64,000 bases of DNA from Octopus vulgaris (taxonomy: Eukaryota): the NCBI GenBank assembly GCA_951406725.2, contig OX597818.1, positions 37,944,001 to 38,008,000 of the forward strand, read 5' to 3'. The notes under the pieces were generated by a model, which was not told the origin of the DNA, did not search any database, and was given only the letters and a program-made list of their open reading frames with translations. The position numbers and the translations under genes are program-made. Below are positions 56,223-64,000 of the stretch, one piece after another; positions within the stretch are counted from its first letter, which is position 1; each line of letters begins with the position of its first letter.

Positions 56223-56666
56223 CTATAACAGTGAAGAAAAAATTAATTAAAACCAAATAGCTAGCAGAGTCAATTGAGTACTGGGTTACTCAACATCATG
56301 TCTATAACCACTCAGTGTATCCTAATTAGTCAATAAATAGATAGTATGCAGGTACAATACATGAACAAATTGAGCACAATAATTGGGAAATGATTTGCGA
56401 ACTTGCAGGGGCTAAGTTAAACAGCATTCAACTTAATGGAGAAGAATGCACTCAGCCAGGTTGCATGACAAGGAAGGCTTCAGTGATGCTTGTGATTCAG
56501 TGGGCTATGAGACTTACCACCATCAATATCAATAAATGAATTATAATTAGTGACTGATTTTGATCATTGATATGATGGATGGTTTGACCAAAAGCATCAT
56601 TAGCTCTTTGACATAGCTCCACACTTTGGAAACCACGAGACCCTGGACAAAAATATAAGAGAATAT

Positions 56667-57120
56667 GGCAGCGAGCTGGCAGAAACGTTAGCACGCCGGG
56701 TGAAATGCTTAGCGGTATTTTGTCTGAGTTCAAATTCCGCCGAGGTCGACTTTGCCTTTCATCCTTTCGGGGTCGATAAATAAAGTACCAGTTTCGCATT
56801 GGGGTCGATGTAATCTGTTTCTTTATTGCCCACAAGGGGCTAAACATAGAGGGGACAAACAAGGACAGACAAACGGATTAAGTCGATTACATCGACCCCA
56901 GTGCGTAACTGGTACTTAATTTATCGACCCCAAAAGGATGAAAGGCAAAGTCGACCTCGGCGGAATTTGAACTCAGAACGCAACGACAGACGCAATACCG
57001 CTAAGCATTTCGCCCGGTGTGCTAACGTTTCTGCCAGCTCGCCACCTTGGGGTTGATGTAATCGACTTAATCCGTTTGTTTGTCCCCTCTATGTTTAGCT
57101 CCTTGTGGGCAGGAAAGAAA
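56667..57120. mobile_element. SINE family B copy with a second family B copy inserted into it in opposite orientation
   Basis: Inner copy about 56820-57047 flanked by duplicated ttggggt(c/t)gatgtaatc. Confidence 0.9.
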
Positions 57121-57400
57121 TATATAAGAGACAGTTTCACTTATATCTCAAACACATTTATCTGGCTCAATTACCATATCTGTAGAGTTCAACTCTGATT
57201 GATTTATAGTGTCCAGTGGCATCCCTTTACATTCTGAGTTCAAACCCCACTTAGGTTCGTTTTGCTTTTCCTCCATTTGATGATAATAAAGTAAGTATCA
57301 GTCAATAAGTAAATACTAGGGCCCAATGTAAACAGTTATACTCAGGAAGTTTAATGATTAGAAAAAACAAAAAGAAATGAAAAGAAAATAACAACACTAC

Positions 57401-57464
57401 CTCTTCAGGCTTAGCAAAATAACTCCCACCAGCTTTAGGAATGCTTGAAAGATGTGTTATACTC
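57401..57464 (-). CDS. P3H1: P3H-like exon (domain 1), SITHLSSIPKAGGSYFAKPEE
   Basis: Acceptor ttttctatttccag, donor gtagtg, 64 nt, phase 2-0; paralogous to SAIIYLNGEFTGGEFIFAYP of exon 12745-12817. Confidence 0.8.
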
Positions 57465-57738
57465 CTGGAAATAGAAAAACAAATGGGAACATGTAATCTC
57501 AGAAGTGTCAATCATAGAAAAAAGCAAAAAAAATTATAAAAACCTTACAAACAAAAATAAATAGAAATCTGTAGAAAATTTTCCAAAGTTTCTTCTTCGA
57601 TACATAACTTGTTGGTGCAAAATGTATGTATATAGGGAATCCTTGGTACAGGAGTGTATATTTGTAAAAGTGAAGCTGAATAACTTTTCTGACAATTATT
57701 TTCCACTTTAATGATTAAATGTTTACTAATTGTCAACT

Positions 57739-57802
<64 letters not shown>

Positions 57803-57805
<3 letters not shown>

Positions 57806-58290
57806 TCATCCTCATCATCATCGTATAACGTCCGTTTTCCATGCTAGCAAGGGTTGGACGGTACGACCGGGGTCTGGGAAGCCAGAAGGCTGCACCAGGC
57901 TCCAGTCTGATCTGGCAGTGTTTCTACAGCTGGATGTCCTTCCTAATGCCAACCACTCCGAGAGTGTAGTGGGTGCTTTTTACGTGCCACCAGCACAGGT
58001 GCCAGGGAAGGCTGGCAATGGCCATGATCGGTTGGTGCTTTTTATGTGCCACTGGCACGGAAGCCAGTCAAGGCGGCGCTGGCATCGGCCACATTCGGAT
58101 GGTGTTTTTTACATGCCACCGGCACAGGTATCACAACCACAATTTCCATTTGATTTTTTGATGTTGATGTACTTGACTCAATAGGTCTCCTTAAGCACAG
58201 CAGGTCGCCCTATGATTCAAGGTAAGCACAGCAGGCCGTTCTGTGATCCAAGGTACATTGGATGGGCTGGGGCTTCTATGTGAAGCTGAT
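57803..58290 (-). mobile_element. RTE 3'-UTR fragment
   Basis: (cat)n-cgtataacgtccgttttccatgctagc start; reverse complement of the UTR at 29330-29790. Confidence 0.75.
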
Positions 58291-58574
58291 ATATATATAT
58301 AGTGTCCTGTTCTGTTACTGGTGGGATCAACAAAAAGAAAATACTCCACCCAGGGAGAAATAGATATCATCTAATATACACAGGGTTTAAATGCAAGCTA
58401 CAATAAATTTCATGCCTCTAATAATACAGTAGTTGGATGAGCTTCTATGGCATGCCATGATTTACTGAGCATTCATTCAGAAATCATTTATGCAATACAA
58501 TCTCATCTATCTATTGAATTATCAGAGACATGAAACTTATAGTAGCTCGCAATTAAGTCTGGAATAAATATATA

Positions 58575-58959
58575 TCTTTATATATAAAAGTAAGGTTGTG
58601 TGTCTGTCTACTCCGATTTAGATTCCTAACTACTACCACATTTTGCGATGCAGTGTAACCAAAACCGGGTATCTTATAGTCGTGATTCATATCGAGCCCT
58701 TCTGGGTATTAGCGCACGTCTACGATGAGTCTACGATTTTAAAAATAATTTACCATCATTTTTTCCATTTTAATGCATTTTTTCGCTATTATATAAGGGA
58801 AGTAACTCTCTAAAAATGTCTACGATGAGTCAACGATTTAAAAAAAAATTTACCATCATTTTTTTTCCATTTTTAATGCATTTCTTTGCTATAACTCTCT
58901 AAAAATGTTTTATAGTTATTTCCCTTACAAACCCCAGCAACGCCGGGCGATACTGCTAG
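58575..58959 (+). mobile_element. Non-autonomous Helitron related to 13450-13824
   Basis: 5' TCTTTATATATAAAAG, hairpin cccagcaacgccggg, 3' atactgCTAG-T; internal direct duplication of about 85 bp. Confidence 0.8.
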
Positions 58960-59493
58960 TTTATATATATATATATATTTACCTACTGAATTTAGGTAAA
59001 TAATCCTTCGAACAATCAGTCAGCAGCGATGCCTGCTGGGTTCGGCTACTCTACATTAATAAGAGGCAAATACCACAAAACTAGTCTGTGGATGCCAGAT
59101 TAGCAAGGGGAAGCTGCTGACCTCCCCTGTTCGAAGGTTATAATGGTTACAGGTTTGTGTGTCACACAGCTAACTATAGGCGATGGCCTCTTGGAGCTAA
59201 TCAACAGCAGCATTCGTCCTATTTATCTGGACTACATATTAGCTTGGTGATAACTATTAATATCTAGTACCACTGCCATAGTTTCCTTTAGAGCGAATTA
59301 GAAATAATGATATTTATATATATATATAGCAAATGAAAGACAGAAGATGGAATATATGAGAATTCATTGTTAATCACTACAATTGTTTTGACGTATCTAG
59401 CATCGATTCTTCTTGGGTGGGACATTCAACAACTAGTTCAGGAGCATCCGGCGGTGCAGATTTATCTCACCGGGTGATAAATAAATACATAGT

Positions 59494-60020
59494 ATGCTCT
59501 GCTGGATATTCAGTATCAGGGTACATGTACAACAGAGCATTAGTGTGTTGAGGGAAAAGTTGGGCATAAGAGAAATTAGATGTAGTGTGCAAGAGAGAAA
59601 ACTGCACTGGTTTGGTCATGTAAAGTGTATGGATGTAGACAGTTGTATACAGGAGTGCAGATCATTTAAAGAGGATGAAACCTGTGGAGAGGGAGACCCA
59701 GGAACACATAGGATGAAGTGTTGAAGGCCAATCTCAAGACAGTGAGCCTTACAAAGGAGATGACTAAGGATTGAGACATATGGTGCATTGCTGTACTCAA
59801 GATCTGTCCACCACAGCAGGATTGATACTGGTGCTGGTGCCACCTACGAAGCAACCAGTACACTCTACAGAGTGGTTGGCATCAGGAAGGACAGCCGCCC
59901 ATAGAAACCATGCCAGAAAAGACAATGAAGCATGGTGTGACTCATGGCCTTACCAGCTCCAGTCAAACTGTCCAACCCATGGAAAACAGACATTAAGTGA
60001 TGCTGCTGCTGATGATGATG
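59494..60020 (+). mobile_element. RTE LINE 3' fragment
   Basis: ORF 59494-59724 LREKLGIREIRCSVQERKLHWFGHV; same UTR and (gat)n tail as 28385-29790. Confidence 0.85.
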
Positions 60021-60579
60021 TGTGTGTGTCTGCGTCCATAAATGTGTGTCTGCGTCCATAAATGTGTGTGTGCATGTGTGAGTGGTTATCTTCAAAATTG
60101 AGGACTTTTATCGAGAGCATTTTCTCTATGGATCCAAAACCAGGACAATGGAAGAGGGGCTTCAAGATCACTTTGAATATATATACACCAGGATTTTTAT
60201 CAGGGTTCAAAGCATCTCATTGTATGAGCATAAGACCAAAGCAGAGACTCATGGAGATATTCCATTCATCTCTATGATTATTGCCCAACACTAGTTAGAT
60301 TTTTTCCATTTTGCCATTTAATTTAGAATATTGGGTTAAATAAACCCTTATCATTTGGTTAACATTCTAGAGATGAGTATCTCTAGGATTCTTAAATGGA
60401 AGGTTTGACTCATGTGTTGGCAGCTCATTTACCTTACAAAGAAGCTCCTATGTTGAAACATAGATTGTGATACATTACATAATTATGTTTTGAAAATCAT
60501 GTTGTTACTCAATGCCAAACAGAAAACTATCAAAAATTATAAACAACATCTAGGATAAAAATCAAATATGATTACTAAC

Positions 60580-60643
60580 TGAAAACTCCCTTCTGGAACA
60601 AATTCTGAAAGACATTTACCAGACTCAGTGAGGAAACAATGCC
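60580..60643 (-). CDS. P3H1: P3H-like exon (domain 1), GHCFLTESGKCLSEFVPEGSFQ
   Basis: Acceptor tttttattttcag, donor gttagt, 64 nt, phase 1-2; C-x5-G-x-C-L-x-E pattern matches NCLLQPDGTCLKE of exon 12965-13079; keeps frame with both neighbours. Confidence 0.8.
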
Positions 60644-61069
60644 CTGAAAATAAAAATGAGAGTTCAATATTAAACAAATTAAGTTTGGATAAATTTCAAT
60701 GAGTTGCCTTAGTCTGGGGAATCATGCAACATCTTGTATAACATCTAGAGAGCATTTTATAACAAAAGTTTATTCATTAACTCTTTAGCATTTGGAGGCA
60801 CTCTGTTGGTCACAACGACAAGAGTTTCAGTTGATCTGATCAATAGAACAGCCTGCTCAAGAAATTAACTTGCAAGTGGCTGAGCACTCCACAAATACAC
60901 GTACCTTAAAGTAGTTCTCAGTGACACAGAATGTGGCATGGTTGACCATTTGAATTATAGGCACAACTCATTCTGCCAGCTGTGTGGACTGGAGCAACGT
61001 GAAATAAAGTGTCTTGTCCAAGGACACAACATGTGCACCGCTGCTGGGAATAGAATTCACATCCTTACA

Positions 61070-61705
61070 ATCATCATCATCATTATCATCGTTTAACATC
61101 CGCTTTCCATGCTAGCAAGGGTTGGACGATTTGACTGAGGACTGGTGAACCAGATGGCTGCACCAGGCTCCAATCTTGATCTGGCAGAGTTTCTACAGCT
61201 GGATGCCTTTCCTAACGCCAACCACTCTGAGAGTGTAGTGGGTGCTTTTACGTGCCACCGGCATGAGGGCTAGTCAGGTGGTACTGACAACGGCCACGCT
61301 CAAATGGTGTTTTTTCATGCCACCTGCACAGGAGCCAGTCCAGCAGTACTGGCAATGACCTCGCTCTAATGTTTTTCACGTGCCACTGGCACAAGTGCCA
61401 ATAAGGCGATGCAGGTGACGATCAGGCTCGAATGGTGCTTTTTATGTGCCACCGGCACGGAAGCCAGTTAGCTGCTCTGGCAACGATCATGCTTGGATGG
61501 TGCTCTTAGCACTCCACTAGCACGGATACCAGTCATCGAATTTGATTTCGATTTTAATTTCACTTGCCTCAACAGGTCTTCGCAAGCAGAGTTTAGTGTC
61601 CAATGAAGGAAAGGTACACATAAGTGGGCTGGTTACACCCCTGGCATAGGCCACGAGGTTATGGTCTCACTTGCCGGGTCTTCTCAAGCACAGCATATTT
61701 CCAGG
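61070..61705 (-). mobile_element. RTE 3'-UTR fragment
   Basis: Same family as 57803-58290 with internal tgccaccggcac repeats. Confidence 0.8.
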
Positions 61706-62237
61706 AACCAAATATCCCTAACCATTAAGTCAGGCACTTTCACAACCCTTTAGCATTTAGACCAGCTATATCCAACACAAATATTCTACCTTGTTTTTAT
61801 GTTCAGACTGGCCAGATCAGGCCTCTCACAATACCCTACAATGTCATTCTGAAAAATAAGCAAGCACATCAATGAAATCTCAAAGTTATGAGATAACGTA
61901 TGATTATTTCTAACTAACATTTCATAACAATGTGAATAAATAAGTATAATTTATTTATTATTATCCAGAATAATTTGGATTCTAAAGGTTTAAAAATAAC
62001 ATGTAAAATATTTTTCGGAATTATATAAACAAATTTTTAGGAAAGGACTAATTCCTCTCACAAAGATACACATCAACCTTTATTTAACATCTTTCACAAA
62101 AAGAGAAAGAAAAAACAGCCAAAATATCTAGAGATCATTCATTCTCCTCAGTAAAAATAATAAATTTGAAAATACAAATGTTTACTTTGTGATATTATGA
62201 AAATAAGATTAACAACAATAATATAGTCTGTTCTTAC

Positions 62238-62382
62238 CATTCCATTTATCTTTGCAAATAACCTTTGTGGAATAATGGTAAATATTGTGATTTAAATATT
62301 TCTGGATGAACTGCTTTGCAATACCACTCATCCGAAGCAACAAGCGTAATCCAACATTGTAGTCTTCAGAAACATTCATTTT
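62238..62382 (-). CDS. P3H1: Prolyl 3-hydroxylase-like gene, first exon visible in the window (degenerate dioxygenase domain 1), KMNVSEDYNVGLRLLLRMSGIAKQFIQKYLNHNIYHYSTKVICKDKWN
   Basis: Acceptor ttttgacag, donor gtaaga, 145 nt, phase 0-1; aligns by eye with exon 15982-16132 (L..L.....K..LN....Y....VC). Confidence 0.85.
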
Positions 62383-62444
62383 CTGTCAAAAGATAAAATT
62401 TTTTTAAAATTATAAAATGAAAATCAAATTCAATGACTAAAATT

Positions 62445-62985
62445 AAATTCGATGACTGGCATCTGTGCTAGTGGGGTACAAAGATCACCATATGAGTATG
62501 ATAATTGACAGAGCAGCTAACTGGCTTCCGTGCTAGTGACACATAAAAGGCACCATTCGAGTGTGATCGTTACCAGCGTCGCCTTACTAGCACTTGTGCC
62601 TGTGCTAGTAAGGTGCCAAGTACACCATCCAAGAGTGATCGTTGCCAGAGCAGCTAATTGACTTCAGTGCCGGTGGGCACGTAAAAGGCACCATTCGAGC
62701 GTGATCGTTACCAGCATTGCCTTACTAGCACCTGTGCTGGTGGTATATGTAAAAAGATTCGAGCGAGGTCGTTGCCAGTACCACCTGATTGGCCCCTGTG
62801 CCGGTGGCACGTAAAAGCACCCACTACACTCTCGGAGTGGTTGGCATTAGGAAGGGCATCGAGCTGTAGAAACTCTGCCAGATCAAGATTGGTGCCTGGT
62901 GCAGCCATCTGGTTCACCAGCCCTCAGTCAAAATCGTCCAACCTATGCTAGCATGGAAAGCGGACATTAAACGATGATGATGATG
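62445..62985 (+). mobile_element. RTE 3'-UTR fragment
   Basis: Same family, opposite orientation to 61070-61705, ends in (gat)n. Confidence 0.8.
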
Positions 62986-63524
62986 AAAAAATAAAACTAT
63001 TGAATAAAACTCTAGGCTAAGGATTATTTAGTTATATAACTACAACAACTACTACTACTACTACTTCATCATCATCATCATCTTCGAACATCCATTTCCC
63101 ATGTTGGCAAGGGTTGAACAGTTTAATGAAGTTCCAATGTCACCTTCAACTTGATTTCTACAGCTAGATGCCCTTCTTAATACCACCCACTTTATAGTAT
63201 GTATTGGATGTTTTTTTCATGCTACCAACACTAGTGAAGTTTGCCAAGAGCCCCTATCAGATACCTATGGGAGCAGTATAGCTGATTCATTTGATCCCTA
63301 CTTCCATGTATATATCATCATCAGCAGCAGCATCGTCATCGTTTAACATCCACTTTCCATGCTGGCATGGGTTGGATGGTTTGACTGAAGACTAGAAAAC
63401 CAGGAGGCTGCACCAGGCTCCAATCTGATCTGGCAAGATTTCCACAGCTGGATGCCCCCTTCCTAACGCCAACCACTCCAAGAGAATAGTGGGTGTTTTT
63501 TACATGACAAACACACACACGTGT

Positions 63525-63581
<57 letters not shown>

Positions 63582-64000
63582 AGTGTGTGTGGTGTGTATG
63601 TGTTAATTCACCAGAAGTGATAAGTTACTCAGTACAAATGGAATGTATTCTTTAATGACTGAAAACTAGCAACTCTGAGTACCAGAAATCAGAGTCATTC
63701 AGTTATTTTATATATATATTCTTTTATTTGTTTCAGTCATTTGACTGTGGCCATGCTGGAGCACCACCTTTAGTCAAAGAAATCGACCCCGGGACTTATT
63801 CTTTGTAAGCCTAGTAACTTATTCTATTGGTCTCTTTGCCGAACCGCTAAGTTACAGGGACGTAAACACACCAAGTTTCCATTTACCAAATCCATTCACA
63901 AGGCTTTGGTTAGCCCAAGGCTATAGCAGAAGACACTTGCCAAAGGTGCCACACAGTGGGATTGAACCTGGAACCATGTGGTTGGTAAACAAGCCTCTTA

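Overview
AT-rich, microsatellite- and SINE-laden animal genomic DNA whose repeat families look cephalopod (Octopus-like; inference). One host gene spans most of the window on the minus strand: the 3' part of a prolyl 3-hydroxylase (leprecan/P3H family) gene, with coding exons from 62382 down to a stop at 10240; its 5' end lies beyond position 64000. Hand-splicing at GT-AG junctions gives an uninterrupted frame of 460 or 466 aa with two unusual properties. First, the 2-oxoglutarate/Fe dioxygenase domain is tandemly duplicated with identical intron phases; the upstream copy lacks the iron ligands and the downstream copy is intact. Second, the intact domain has two homologous, probably mutually exclusive exons (49990-50085 and 43643-43756) encoding the GDGY..SPH..E.F.GL segment. 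Introns and the downstream flank hold mariner, pogo-like, piggyBac-like, hAT and Helitron elements, RTE/CR1 LINE and Penelope remnants, and several tRNA-derived SINE families. They also hold a recurring class of short fold-back elements built from two inverted hammerhead-ribozyme-like units, usually set in (TA)n tracts. All calls come from reading the sequence by eye; no searches were run.
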